A stretch of 64,000 nucleotides of DNA, from assembly GCA_950097015.1 (NCBI GenBank), contig CATNEN010000002.1:9300001-9364000 (forward strand), in the 5' to 3' direction. This DNA is from Macrostomum hystrix. Taxonomy: Eukaryota; Animalia; Platyhelminthes. Below the pieces are notes generated by a model that saw only the letters and a program-made list of their open reading frames with translations, ran no database searches and was not told the origin of the DNA. A program made the translations under genes and the position numbers. Shown here in pieces: positions 1 to 13,900 of this stretch. The stretch's first letter is position 1; every line of letters starts with the position of its first letter.

Positions 1-3000
1 TTGTCGTATGTTTGAATTTTAGCACTCGACGCCAAGTCGTCTGTCATTATGAGTAAAGATTGAAGCACCTGCAAACCAGAAGTCCCCAGTCCAGTTCATC
101 ATGCCAGTCATCGGGCTGTATGTTCCCACCAGATTTCGTGTCAGATCTATAAATGGCAGTCAGATGCAGATATCAATCGGTTAGTGAATTGAGATTAAAA
201 ACTCTTGCTCAAATTGAGTTCACACGCACTGCGTAGCTGATAAAGCCTGACGGTGGAAGTGCGGTCGCCGTTTGCGTCGAACACAACTCGACCCTGAACG
301 AATAATAAAGCCTTGGTACATTGCAGCTTAACAACAGGTTTATAAGGAATTAAATAATATTGAATGTATTTTTACAGACACCCCGACGAAATTCAGGTTC
401 AAGATATTTCTGAAGAGCGCCGCCTTGAACGACGAGTTCCCCAGCTGCAGCTGCTCCGAGTAATTCCAGGACTGCAGCGTCTGGTTCAGCGCCAGGGCTG
501 CCGACATGACGGAGTCGAAGCGAAGGTCGAAACCGCGAATTGTCTTCATCTGCGCATCGGCGCGTCTGGCGGGGTATTCGCTGAGGAACTGGCTGTACAG
601 TTCAGTCAACGTCTGCTCAAAATTAGGAAAAGGGTTTTGGGTTTGTTCGGGACCTTCCGTCGAAGCAATCCACTTAAAATGCTCCAACCTTTCCTGCCGG
701 GCCGATTCTCGTCTCGATGAGTTCTGGATCCATCACAGCCGTGTCCGACTCGACCGAGCCTTCCAAACTGACCGCCCTGTCCGAGTCGGGACAAGAGCCC
801 ACTAAGGCAGTGCTCGTGAATGGCAGGCCGACCTGAACCCAAAAGTACTTCGGACCGTATGCGCCCAGTCGTTTGATCTGAAAGATCAGGTTATGAATGA
901 GCATTAGACAGTAGAAATAATTAGACTTCAATAGTGTCGATGCGGCGAGGGGTCTGACTTTGGTACCAAAGTCGTAAGATTGGATCAGAGCCACTATTTA
1001 CTTGGGACGCAGCCGCAAATAGAAGGCCACTCGCCAAAGCACATTGACAGTGTACATTGTCTGACGATGAAAAATTCAGGACGGATGTGCACATTATGTG
1101 TACATATGTATGTGCCGGCATAACATTACCAGGTGCGTGTTGGTGATTATTCAAGGGGCCAGAGAAATTGGCAGAATTGCCTCCTCGCTGACTCTGTCGA
1201 CTGGCACATGTAGTGCTTCAGTGCCCGGTGTTCGCGGAAAGCACAGCTCCTCAAGAGCTCCACGACTCTCCACTTACCAGGCATTCGAATCTTTTTCCAG
1301 GTTCTTCCTGGCTGCCCACTCGGACAACAATGAAGATTCGGATGTCGTTTTTCTGCGGGCGGAGTGAGTTGACATTGTATATTTGGAATGGGTAGCAGAA
1401 GTCATTGGAGCCAACCACTAGAGTCTTGAATGTATAAAACCCTATTTTGCAACCCGCAAGGCACAAGGCAGAAAAAAGATTTTTCTCGTAAAGTACAAAT
1501 TGTAAGTCAAAGTAAAAAATATAAATTAAATTTGTCGCTTTGAAAACTCTTAACATGGCCTAAAATCTTCCGCTCTATACGATGAATGAACTTCCAGAAT
1601 CACAAAACAACGTCGGGGTGCCTCGGGGCAAAAACCATCAAAGCGGGTGACAAATTCTGCTCACAAAATTTTGGGAGTTATCGTGAAGTAGGCAGTGGGT
1701 ACTTAAAGTACCCCTGTGGTATTTCCCCAGGGTAAATGTGGCATTGATGTTTCGCGGGCAGTTGTCTCCGTTTATTGTACACCCAGGCTTCATAATTCAA
1801 TTCAAGAGCACCAACCAGCATGTTGAGGATTGCGTCCGTGGCATCTGTACCGAAGATCATTTTCTGATAAGACGTCAGATTGTTGCGAATGAGAGCCGCT
1901 TCAATCTGAAGAGTAACCTAAAAATATAATACAAATTACGGCAAGTACATTTGAATCAGACACACAATGGACTAAATTTCCCCATCAAAACAGTCAAATC
2001 CAGCAACTCACTGGGTAAACAACTTCAAAGTCGGTGGTGATGAGTCCAATTTTTTTCCAGCCGAATCGTTTTATGAGCTGGATGGTGGGCTGCACGAACA
2101 GGCTGCTGGTGATGGGCATGCGGATGTAGTACGGGTAGGAAGATTTGTCGCTCAGCGCCGGGGAGGTGTTCGAAATCCCAATCTGTCGATGATTAGCCAG
2201 GGAGCAATATCCTTTAACAGTAGAAAAACCACGCGGGAATTTAAACTACCCACATTCCTCTATTTTCCCATAATATTCAACCAATCGCCATGAAAATCCA
2301 GAACACAGGCTAACAGTTTCCGCTCAATCCGATGACACAACTTCTCGAAGTACAAAACATCGACGTCGTCGAGATATTCAACGATTCTCGAAGGATTCTC
2401 TTGTGGCAAGAACCACAAATATAGGCATATTTTTCTGCTCATAAAATTTCATCAGATAATCATGTCGGGATATCATTGTTCACTATCATTGATTAAATTG
2501 TTATTTGTTAATATTATAATGTTAATGCATCTGAAGGCTGCGTACAGCTGTTCCGTCCATGGACTGGGGGGACGCCACACTTACCTTCAATTATCCCAGC
2601 TGATGCTGGTACCCATTTAACAGCTGGGTGAACTGAAGCAATGTATAGTTGTGTCTAGCTAAAGGACACAAATTGTTCCAGTGGAATCGAACCTCCGAGC
2701 TTCAAGTCGTGAGTCCGATGCCCCAACCACTAGGCTACAACTTCTTGGTTGCTCTTAGCGATTGCAAGAGTAAAATCATTGTTACTTGTTGTTTTCAGCA
2801 GGGTCTTCAACAATTCAGTTGTCGTGTCACAGTTTTCCAACAAGTTTACAGGATACCACAAAACCTAAGTGTAACCCTACATATTTTTTCAGCTTATTTT
2901 TTGAAATCAAATGATCAAGCGACCCTTGCAGTCACCTGCGGTAGGTAGTAATACTGGCCAATGTCCGCCACAATTTGCGACTGGTGCGAGTAGGCGGCCC

Positions 3001-3348
3001 CGAGCAGCAGAGCCTTGTTGGGCGGCTGCAGGTAGCCATCGATCAGGGCTTTGGCCGCACTGCCAGTTTTGTCCTGGAACAGGTGAATGAGGAGTTGCTT
3101 TGTTTTCCTGGCCACGCGGCATTGGCGATACAGCCATTACTCACTGTGTCAGCGATGAGCAGTGTGTACTTCATCTCGAAGGAGGGAAACAGGTGGCTGA
3201 TGTTGTTAGTAACATAGCGGAATGTGAAGTTCAGGTAGTCAGGGTCCATTGCGTAGGCGGATGCGCTGGAACTGATGCACAGAATGTGCACCAACTGTCT
3301 TCCAGCTGCTGAAGATGCCAGCATTAGACAGAGAACAAGCACCAGCAT
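1..3348 (-). CDS. GABA-B-like class C GPCR, paralogue A (signal peptide + ANF/Venus-flytrap domain; 7TM part lies beyond window start). Exons approx 3348-3145, 3073-2936, 2182-2012, 1917-1816, 1352-1278, ~880-693, ~610-380, ~275-45
   Basis: Hydrophobic N-terminus MLVLVLCLMLASSAAG. GT/AG-bounded exons splice in frame. Motifs SNTSPALSDKSSYPYYIRM, FGWKKIGLI, DIRIFIV, GAYGPKYFW, GRVVFDANGDR, VGTYSPMTGMMNW..DFWFAG resemble GABA-B receptor ectodomains. Exon-by-exon similarity to paralogue B. Confidence 0.8.
1000..1228 (+). mobile_element. 5'-truncated copy of tRNA-derived SINE family X
   Basis: Body sequence (ctgacgatgaaaaattcaggacggatgt...ggcagaattgcctcctcgctg) matches the copies at 9861, 20514, 36015 and 39525. 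Confidence 0.65.
2527..2745 (-). mobile_element. tRNA-derived CORE-like SINE (family Y)
   Basis: Reverse complement reads TAGCCTAGTGG (A box)...GGTTCGATTCC (B box), then ttgtgtcctttagctagacac...cttcagttcacccagctgttaaatgggtaccagc (CORE-like). Further copies at ~6505, ~21905 and ~31125. Confidence 0.75.
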
Positions 3349-3370
3349 TCTGAGGTCTATAAGGCAAACC

Positions 3371-3603
3371 TGTGAGACCTACCTTCTGTGAGACCTACCT
3401 TCTGCGAGACCTACCTTCTGTGAGACCTACCTTCTGCGAGACCTACCTTCTGTGAGACCTACCTTCTGTGAGACCTACCTTCTGCGAGACCTACCTTCTG
3501 TGAGAACTACCTTCTGTGAGACCTACCTTCTGTGAGACCTACCTTCTGTGAGACCTACCTTCTGTGAGACCTACCTTCTGTGAGACCTACCTTCTGTGAG
3601 AAC
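3371..3603. repeat. 16-bp minisatellite (tgagacctaccttctg) x ~14
   Basis: Near-perfect tandem units directly visible, starting ~23 bp upstream of the GPCR A start codon. Confidence 0.95.
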
Positions 3604-4976
3604 CGACTTGATTCTCAACGGCTCAATCTGATTTTGTATCAAATGTTACAGCCAATCAGAGCGCTCGTATTACCCGTTAGATGTTACCCCTAAGACATGA
3701 ATGGCAAATATGGGAATGTGAGAATCGCGGAATTCAAAACCAAGATCATCATCAACCAAATGCCCTTCACAAACACCCCTGCAAATTATATTTTGAAACG
3801 TATTGTCCCACTTCAACAATAACACTGGCGGTCATCAAGACACTAACGAGCGTCACTATTTGCTATTTGAAATAGGAAAAAGTAACAAATTATAGGAACT
3901 AGCTCAGCGTCGCCTACCGAAGCGAGTTCTGAGAAATCTTCAGTAATTATCCAGGCATCACCACAGAGTTTGTTGAAGTCTATTGAAGAGAATAATATTC
4001 TAGCATTTATATCACGACATCGAATATGATTTTAGCATCGACTGAAAGGATACAGAAAGTTTTTCATTGAGCTTTTAGGAAGCCTTAGAGGCAAACTAGA
4101 AAGTGTTTTGTTTTCATCAGCTCGCCTTTTTCGCGTTTTTCGGAAATTTTCTCTGGTTTCATGGAAAATGCTTCTGAAACGGCCGGCTTGCTGTCTGATT
4201 ATCGCTGAAATTACAGCCCAAGCGAACTGGCAGGATGACACACCGAGAGTTGCCCCTCAGCAAAGCCAAATTAAGCAGTCGGATGAGAAGCTGATCGATT
4301 TGCCTCCCCTTTCAATTAATCAGAAATTCGCATTGGATTAAAGAATGAAATTTCCACCTGTATGCAGCATGTGGAGACACTGATTACAGTGGGACACTAA
4401 GCAGGTGATGATGTGGAAGCATAGCTGATTACAGGCTACTGGAATTTTTTCGAACAATGCCTTGTGTTGGGACCACGGTATCAGATGAACGAGTTGCTTT
4501 AGAGAAAAGTATTTATAATTCTGAAAATCATCAGCCTAATCCTTGGTGATCCTAAGCAACATCTCGATACATTTTCGCATGCAAACGGGGCATTTTCATT
4601 CTGACTACCCGCAGTAGCAGCAGAAGGCAGTTTCTTATACTTTTGAGTCAAAGTACAAAGTTCTGCAAACAGGTTAGCACCCTCGATTGGTCAAATTTTT
4701 AGGGCAATTTTACCAAAACGTCCAGTCCAGTTTCACTTAGAAATTTCTTATGTCTCAAGCCATTGATAGATGACTTGCTCGACCTGTAGAGTCGTTTTTT
4801 CCAAACTGATTTGAGAAGCCTTTAGGCAAGGAAACACGGCGCTGTCCCACTTTTTTCAACAGTTTTTCATCTCATTGGAAGCGCGAATTTAGACCAATAA
4901 GACCACATCGCTGCTTCAAGCTCATCAGTTATCAGATGGTGAAACTCTGGGTTTAAGCTCTGCTCTAGTCTCAGCA

Positions 4977-7900
4977 ATGCACTTAAGCATCACATTCCTG
5001 CTCTTCGCGACGACTTTCGCGGGCGAAGCGTTTGACAACAGATCGACTGTCCATCTGCTTGTTCTCGACTATGAGAGCATAGGCAGTCAGGACCCTACAT
5101 CCTATTACAACAGATTTTCTGTTGACTTCATTAACAACCTGACCGACCTGTTTCCCAGATTCCGGCTTGAGTTTGAGCAGCGCCAGACAAAGCTGGTAAT
5201 TCTTCCGGCAGACCAAAGTGTTATCTGCATCGGATCAATTCACAGGAAGAATGATTAAGCATATCGTTTTACTCCGATTTTAAACTTTTTAAACTATCGA
5301 TAGCAGATTATTTCGTTCGAAAACATTTCAGAGTGACACGGGCAGTGCTGTCAAGGAGTTCGTTGATGGCTATCTGTCAAGGCCTCCAAAAGCGCTCGTG
5401 ATAGGACCCATTCTCACGCAGCAGGCTCAGTCTGTGGCAGATTTGGCGAAGTACTTCTCAGCAGCTCAGGTGCGTTCAAGCATTAATTCTAGCATTGCCT
5501 CGCTACAAGGTCAGGTGTTGTGGTCCTACAGTAGAACGAGAGTCCCTGAGCTTGAATTCCTAATCTGTAGCCGGCGCTGCGAAGCTACATTAACTTGGGC
5601 GAAATCGCGAACAGAAAGCTCTAAGACTCGCCACGTGAAATTAATTCAAAATGACCCAGCCCCAGAGCACAGGGAAAAGTACTCTGAACTCAAATGTTTC
5701 ACTGCGGCATCTGAGCAGATTGGTGCTTCTGCGCCCGCCTCAGTGCTCAGCAACAAGAAGGCCTACCCGTTCTTCTTCCGGCTGTGCTACACCGAGAGTC
5801 AATTCGCCGAGCTGGCTGTGAGCCTGCTGCTGAAGTTCGGGTGGTCTCGGATCGGCCTGCTGGTGGCAGACTCCGCTAGTCTTGTCTCGGTGAGTGAGCA
5901 CTCGGACTCAGCCTAGATTTACAATTCTGAATTAGCTCGCTCCCGTTTTTTTCAGCACAAAGTTCAGTAGCAAACATTGAATTCGCATGCTTTGAGCAAT
6001 TAACATTTGAGTTGTTTTAATTTGGTCAAGCTTTTTTTGCCTCCGCCGACGCATCGACAGATTGTGCAGGATCTGGAAGCCCGGTTGAACGCCTTCAACA
6101 TCACGCGCTATGAAAAAGTGATCTACTCGACAGACGCCACGGAGCAGCTCAAGCAGCTTGTGGTGAGTGCGAGCAGCTAATGAGCTCCTAGGTGGATAAA
6201 GCCTTCTAATTAGAGTCGAAAGTTTCTAGGATCATGGATCACGAAGAGGGTTTCTAGTGAACAGCACGACCTGGTTTTCCCAGAACAGCATACCTAGTTA
6301 CCTCATCAGCCTTTTTCGCGTTGATTAAAGCACTGGCCTCCAAAAATGTCTAGGACCGTGACATTCGCATCTTCATCGCAGTTCGGGTTGTGTTTACTGA
6401 AAAGCGCGACCAGCGACTTGAGTGCTTGGTGAGTTCATCTGCATCTGCTTGTTGATTTGATCCATTTTGTCTGTTTTTATAGGCCATATATGCAACAAAC
6501 AGCACAGCGGCAGATTTTGCGCGGTGCATCCGAAGGCTGCGTACGGCTGTTCAGTCCATGGACTGGAGGGATGCCACACCCGCCCTCAACTACTCCAGCT
6601 AATGCTGGTACCCATTTAACAGCTGGGTAACTGAATAATTCCGCAGCCAAGTGCCAGGTAAAGGACATAATTTGTTCCCGGTGGAGTCGAGAATAGAACC
6701 CGACCCTCGAGTTGTGAGTCCGACACTTTAAACCAGGGTTGGGCAAACTCATTAACTAGCGGGACAAAGAGAGAACCAAAAACACGACAGCGAGCCGCAT
6801 TGACTGTAGAAATTTGAGATAGGGGAGAGATGAGACAAGGAAGAGATGAGACACGGGAGAGATCAGACAAGGGAGAGAGGAGACAAGGGGGAGATGACAC
6901 AGGGGAGAGATGAAACAGCATACTGTTCGGGCAACGGGTTGAATTTGGGAGCTTCGAGGGCCGCATCTGGCACGCGGGCCGGAGTTTGCCGAACCCTGCT
7001 CTTACCACTTAAAGCTACAATCCCTAAAAAATTGATGACAGTGCAAGTGTCATGGTAATGGGCAATAGGGCATTGAATGTCTTGCTCAGTGTGCTCAGTG
7101 TTTCTCATGGGCTGAGATTCGAACTCCCAACCTTCTGCCTAGATTTCAAAGTACGGGCTCTACGGACCAAAGTACTTCTGGCTTCAGCTGGGCTACACGC
7201 AGCAACTGGACGCTCGGCCTCCCGGCTGCTCTCGGGACAGGGCGGCAGCCGCACTGGAGGGCTCGGTCGAGTTTGGCAGCTCCGTCACCGATCTAGCTTC
7301 TCGCAGACCTCCGAGTGTCGTTGGCCAGGTAAGACGTGCCAACCTGCGTGTCTGAACTATTTTTACAGCCTCTTTTAATTTGCCTGCTGCTCTAGAATTC
7401 TGATGAGCTGTTCAGAAAGTTCGTGCGAGCCTATCCACAGACCAGCCCTGTCTCATCCACCATACTCGGCCTGGACCTCAAATTTGACGCCTTCCTAACA
7501 GCCGCCATGGCCGTCAACAACACGCTGGCGCTGGAGAACTTCACCAACCAAATCGACGAGGCCACACTGGGATCAGTTAGCTTTAAGCAGGCTTTAATCG
7601 CCAGTTTGAAGGCAATCGATTTCAATGGAATGTCGGTAAGCAGCTTGGCTTTCTGGTGCTTGCTGTGTCACTTGCTTACAACTAGAAAGACTACTGGGTG
7701 GTATATCAAATACCTACATTCTTCTATTTTCTGTATCTCCCAAAATATCAAAACAATCACTATAAAAATCCAGGTGACGGGCTAAAACTTTCAGCTCTAT
7801 CCGATTAAACAAGTTCTAGGATCACAAAACAATGGGATCGTTGAGCTGGTGACAAAAACCACTCATATGGGCATAATTGTTCTTCATCAGGTAGCCATGT

Positions 7901-10900
7901 CGCCATTATTGTTGGTTGTTGATATTGTTTATTTTTTATTGCCCCAAAATTGGATTCGCCACAGAGGTTCATATAGAGCTATGTTAGTTGTTCTTGTCAC
8001 CAGGGTCTCCGTCAATAACCCCACCATGCTAACTCATACTTTGATTCATATAGCATTCTTTTGTTGAAATCGGTTATTTGTTTTGGGAGCTAATCTTGAA
8101 GTAGGCAGTGGTATGTAAGAAATTTATATTTACAGGGTCCCATCACCTTCGATGCGAGGAATGACCGTACCGCCGAACTTTTCATCTACCAGATTCGGGG
8201 TGAGTGCTTCGCTTCCAAATGTCAGTTTGAACACGTTCCACACCCGCAGCAATTTAAATGCTACAATTACAGACGGAGCGAGAGACCTTGTCGCCACCTT
8301 CAATCCTGTTTCGGGAGACATTTTCTGGCTGAAGCAGCTGTGGTTTGCTGGTATGTTATACATTTCTTATAATTAATTCCCACCCGGTGGGACAGCTTTT
8401 TGGGGCGCAGGGTGAGGCGCTATGCGCCCCGCTATGCGCCTCTCGCCGCCTGGGCGCACGGTGATTTTCCTATACGCCCCCGCTATACGCCTCCCGCCAG
8501 TGGGGCGCACGGTGATTTTCCTATACGCGCCCGCTATACGCCTCCCGCCAGTGGGGCGCACGGTGATTTTCCTATACGCCCCCGCTATACGCCTCCCGCC
8601 AGTGGGGCGCACGGTGATTTTCCTATACGCCCCCGCTATACGCCTCCCGCCGCCTGGGCGCACGGTGATTTTCCTATACGCCCCCGCTATGCGCCTCCCG
8701 CCGCCTGGGCGCACGGTGATTTTCCTATACGCCCCCGCTATACGCCTCCCGCCGCCTGGGCGCACGGTGATTTTCCTATACGCCTCCCGCCAGTGGGGCG
8801 CAGGGTTTTATTAACATCACTTTTTCGCGGTTTTTTATCTTTTCGTGTAGTACACGTGACTTGTGGTTGCAGAAAAATATTATTTCACCTTTAACATGTC
8901 TAGTTGCTCTGAAATTTGGAAATATTGCTTGCATCATTTTCGAAATTTTCTACTAAATTGTCCAACTTTTTTTTCGTATGCGAAAATATTTGGAGGAAGA
9001 TTAATTCACCATGTCCTACTATTAGTAGAAACGATAGGATACTGTTTCAGTCATATCCTATAGCTCATTCCATCCGAAAGACATGTAGACTGCAATTTAA
9101 TTATAACACTGCATGAAAACTTTGTGTAATAGCTAGCCACTATATAAAACATGGTTGCTTCTAACTTCTGTTTCCTCTAAATTTTTCATAGAGTACAGGG
9201 ACTCAAAATTCGTCGAGATCAATCAGGATTAATGGAGGTCCCAAAATCGATTCCGTGCCTTCCCTAGATTCCCAAGATTCCCTAGATTAGTAGGGTGAGA
9301 GGGAGATCAGTAGGCTGAGAGGGAGAGCAGGTAGGGTGAGAGGGGATCAGGTAGGGTGAGGAAGTGTGGTAGTGAGATGCAGTAGAGTGAGAGGAAGTGG
9401 GGTAGTGAGATGCAGTAGATTTCGCAGGTAATCCGAGTTTAATTGTATTTACGAATGTTCCCAGGTGTACAGGGAAGTCAGTTATTTAAAATTTTAGTTA
9501 ATTTCCATTAATTCCATGATAAGTCAGAAAGAGATCAAAGAAAAGAATTGAGACAGAAAGAATTTAAATTTTTAGTTTCGCGTTAGTTGATTTCTCTCGT
9601 AGGCACCAGTTAAGTTTGGCATGCTTAGTCACTCTTTAACTGACCATATATTTATATACATATTTATTTAACGATTTGTATTAGTAAATTAAAAATTTTG
9701 AAACCTGTAGAGAAACCTGAAAGCAGTAGAGAGCCTGTTTATGAAAACGATTTGGAAATGCCAATGCATGCATGGGCCTGCGTGCTTTGACGTATCTTTG
9801 ATCTTTGGTGATGCGTCAACCCGCAGTCACAGAGGAGGCAAGTCTGATCCGTCCATTTAGGGGTGAGTGGAAGAGCGGTCAACGCGTTTGCCTCTCGCAT
9901 TGAATGACGATTCCGCAGCGAGGCCACATTCATTTGGGGCGCTGCCGCGGGGAGACGGTTTGGGGACTTGTCGTGCAATTCACGCCCTTGAGGGCCAACC
10001 TCCAAGGCACTGTGAAAGTGTACACTGCCTGACGATGAGAAAGTCAGGGCAGATGTACACACCTGTGTGAGCGTGTGCCTGCATGCGGCAATTGTGCGTG
10101 TGTCCTCAGGAGTCAGCGAAGCAGGCAGAATTACCTACTCGCTGGTTGTGGGTCTAGTGTCACCAAATGATGTGCCATTGACAGCAGCCCTCCTGCAATT
10201 ATGATTTTTGTTAAGTCTGTCCGTTCCGCTGTTCCCTGAGCGCTAAGGAACACTGATTTGTACATCTGCTTGACTACTCCCAACATCAACAAGCAGTGAG
10301 CACTACCACTCTACCTTGTTGGTGGGTTGTTGGAATTGGTGATGACGAAATTAGCTGGCACTGCAGACACAAGTTAAGAAGCTGCAGTGCAATAGATGAC
10401 AGAAGACCCAGCGTACTTGATTCTAAAGTAGAAATCTACTTGCTGTCATCTGTCATCTGCCTCCCAATCTGAAATCTGTCATCTGTGTAAAATCAATACC
10501 AATAGTGAGTTAAGTTTCAATTGCAACAACACAGGCTCCACGCCCCCTGTCGACCAGCCGGTCCTGCAGCAGAGCCTGACCACTCTCGCCTTGCCCGTCG
10601 CCATCGTCATCATAGCTGTCTCCAGTCTGGGCGCCACCCTCTCCGCTGCGTCCATCTGTCTGAACTTCCTCCGCTCAGAAGTTACAGTCATCAGGCGAAG
10701 CAGTCCTCGAGCGAACAGCTGTGTTGCTGTCGGCTGCCTCCTGAGCTACGCGAGCTGCTGCATCCAAGCCATGAATTTGCACCTAGGAGCGGACTGCGGA
10801 CTCTGGTGGGCTCAGACAGCTCTGCTCTGCTGCGGCTTCTCAATCAGCATGGCGGCCATTTTGTTTAAGATGTGGCAACTGCACTGCCAGCTTGCTGGAG

Positions 10901-13900
10901 AGGTAGGTAGTGGAAGCTAGAACCTAGATTTGAGTACATTAAGGTGCTTAGGCCAGACTAATAGTACTTCATGCTCTACGAGCTATCAAGCTTGTAGCCC
11001 AGTGGAAGAGCTTCGAACTACGGACCAAGAGGTCGGGAGCTCAGCTCAAGGCAAGCGTTGCTTCTGTTCACCGGACTCTAAAACGGGGGGTAGAAATAGG
11101 GGTGGGTGTGGCTGCCTCCCCCAGTCGACAACATTTTTGGAGCCATGCAAAAAGCTCAGGACTGTCCATCCGACTAAGCAAGGCTAGGTGTAATTTCAAT
11201 TGCGATACATTTTAGAGGCCGTTGGTGGTGTCGTTCTAGATCGGAAACATTTGTAATTGCAGCATTCACGCAAATCAGTGCTGCCAGTGCTGGTTGCTGC
11301 TCTGCTAGGATTGGATGCAGTCATCCTGACGGCTTGGATCCTGGCCGATCCTCTGCAGCGCCAGCTCATCGATCTGTGGGACTTGGTGAGTCTAGCGAGA
11401 ATCCAGACCTGCTTGTCACAACTTGCTAGCTATTGAAAATAAAACTTGAGTCCGACTATGCAAACCTGTACACAGGAGAGAGCTGCCAGTTCAGTCCTGC
11501 GAGAGCAGCTGCCAGTCTGCCGATCCAACTTCACAAACGTCTGGAATGCTCTTCTCATCGTGATCAAAGGTATGAGGACAGAGCTGAGAGCAGTCTCGTG
11601 GGGGATTATTTTTTAACTGAGGTTCCATTCGAATTCCAGCAAAAATTATCTTCAAGCCTGCTTATATGATTAATATGAGAAGCGAACGCACGAAAAGTTC
11701 CTTTTTGACGTATCTTCGGTGCATGAGTCATTTGATTAATAGGCTATATTTTAGTTTTTTACTAGCACACTAAGCCCCCGTTGGGGCACTACTGTTCAGA
11801 CACAAAAATATTTTGTAATGCAGAAGGACAAAACACACCTGAAAGCAAACAAAAACGAAAACTCATTTCGTTCAGTAATAATTTCCCTGATTGCGAATAT
11901 ACGTGATTGCGATTCATTGAAAATTTGAATTCTCACTAAATGCAAAAATAGTCAGTCTGAGCCAGGGGCGTAGCTAGGGGGGGGGCAAGGGGGGCCGCGG
12001 CCCCCCCCAAACGGCTGGCGAACTTTGCGGCGCCCCCCAGCCTCAGCCGCGATGGCGCCCCCCCCACCCGTCCTCCACAGACATACTTTTGTGGCCCCTC
12101 AAGCCATCCTCCTTGCCCTATGTACAGTAGGCCCATTGATAAGGCATCACTCCACTCACTTGCTGTGTTAGAAAATGAGGGAAGGGGTAATAAAACTGAT
12201 GTGTATATTATAGCAAAGTGCGTTTTAGGTTTGGGGTCTGTAGGAGGAGGGGGTCGGAGGTCTGGTCTTTGTCTGTGAGGTTAGGTCTGTATAGTATTAG
12301 CGGAGGGCGCTGTGGGAGGAGGAGAGGTTGGGGTTGGGGACTGCGGTTGCTTAAGCAATTTTAAAGCCACGCTAGAGCAACACTGGCTGCACATAATCTG
12401 ACCGTGCTAACTTTATTCTTTAGCTGTTACACGTTTGATAATGGAAAACAACATTGGGGCATCAGCTGTCCCTGCACAAGCATGCGTGGCTTCAAGCAAC
12501 AAGAGGAAGCGTTCCGGAGCAGAAAATCGCCGTCAGAAGCAAGCAAAGAAACTAAAGGCTAGCGCTTCAGGCTGCATGAAACTAACGTCTATGTTTGAGT
12601 CAAGAAAAGACCGAACAGAAAGCAGGGCTGCTGGCGCCCATGCTGCCGGTGACGGCGCCCTTGCTCCCTGTGACGGCGCCCATGGTGCCTGTGACGGCGC
12701 CCTTGCTGCCGGTGACGGCGCCCTTGCTGCCTGTGGCGGCGTCCTTGCTCCCTGTGACGGCGCCCATGGTGCCTGTGACGGCGCCCTTGCTGCCGGTGAC
12801 GGCGCCCTTGCTCCCTGTGACGGCGCCCTTGCTGCCGGTGACGGCGCCCTTGCTGCCTGTGGCGGCGCCCTTGCTGCTGGCGCCCTTGCTGCCGGTGACG
12901 GCGCCCTTGCTGCTGGCGCCCTTGCTGCCGGTGACGGCGCCCATGCTGCCGGTGACGGCGCCCTTGCTGCTGGCGCCCTTGCTGCCGGTGACGGCGCCCA
13001 TGCTGCCGGTGACGGCGCCCTTGCTGCTGGCGCCCTTGCTGCCGGTGACGGCGCCCATGCTGCCGGTGACGGCGCCCTTGCTGCTGGCGCCCTTGCTGCC
13101 GGTGACGGCGCCCATGCTGCCGGTGACGGCGCCCTTGCTGCTGGCGCCTTTGCTGCCGGTGACGGCGCCCATGCTGCCGGTGACGGCGCCCTTGCTGCTG
13201 GCGCCCTTGCTGCCGGTGACGGCGCCCATGCTGCCGGTGACGGCGCCCTTGCTGCTGGCGCCCTTGCTGCCGGTGACGGCGCCCATGCTGCCGGTGACGG
13301 CGCCCTTGCTCCCTGTGACGGCACCCTTGCTGCTGGCGCCCTTGCTCCCTGTGACGGCGCCCATGCTGCCTGTGACGGCGCCCATGCTGCTGGCGCTCAT
13401 GCTGCTGGCGCCCATGCTGCTGGCGCCCATGCTGCTGGCGCCAATGCTGCTGGTGATGGTGCCCATGCTACCGATGCACCCCTCGCAGATATTGGCCTTG
13501 CAGTACAAAAGATGCATATGTTGTCAAGTGAGGAACGCAGTAATTTTTGTGAGCCATGGAGCCCTCTTCATGAAAATGACTATCCTTTTTCGCAGCATCA
13601 AGTGCAAGGGCGGTCACGTAAGAGAAAGCTGCTGCCCGTGCATCTTAAGCGATTTCCTTGGTTGTCGGTGAGTAAAGTGGCTGGACTAGAGGGAGCATTC
13701 TGTACACCATGTGTTCTGTTTTCCTCGGCCACAGGTGTTGGTGGCCGCACTAATGGTTGTGGGCAGCAAGCCGGTGCACTTGTTCGAAAGCCTCTGAAGA
13801 GGTTTGATGACTTAACTGGAAAGAAGGGCGTGCTTTCACTGCATGAGAAAAGCGATTACCACAAGAAAAGCGCTGAAAAAATGGACGAGTTTTTGAGACG

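Noticed and set aside
3890-4950. Possible decayed coding or transposase sequence between the GPCR genes
   Set aside because: Only short broken frames with no motif I can identify.
12533-13671. Three long overlapping ORFs (263, 358, 305 aa) over the transposase
   Set aside because: By-products of a stop-free GC-rich repeat with unit length divisible by 3.
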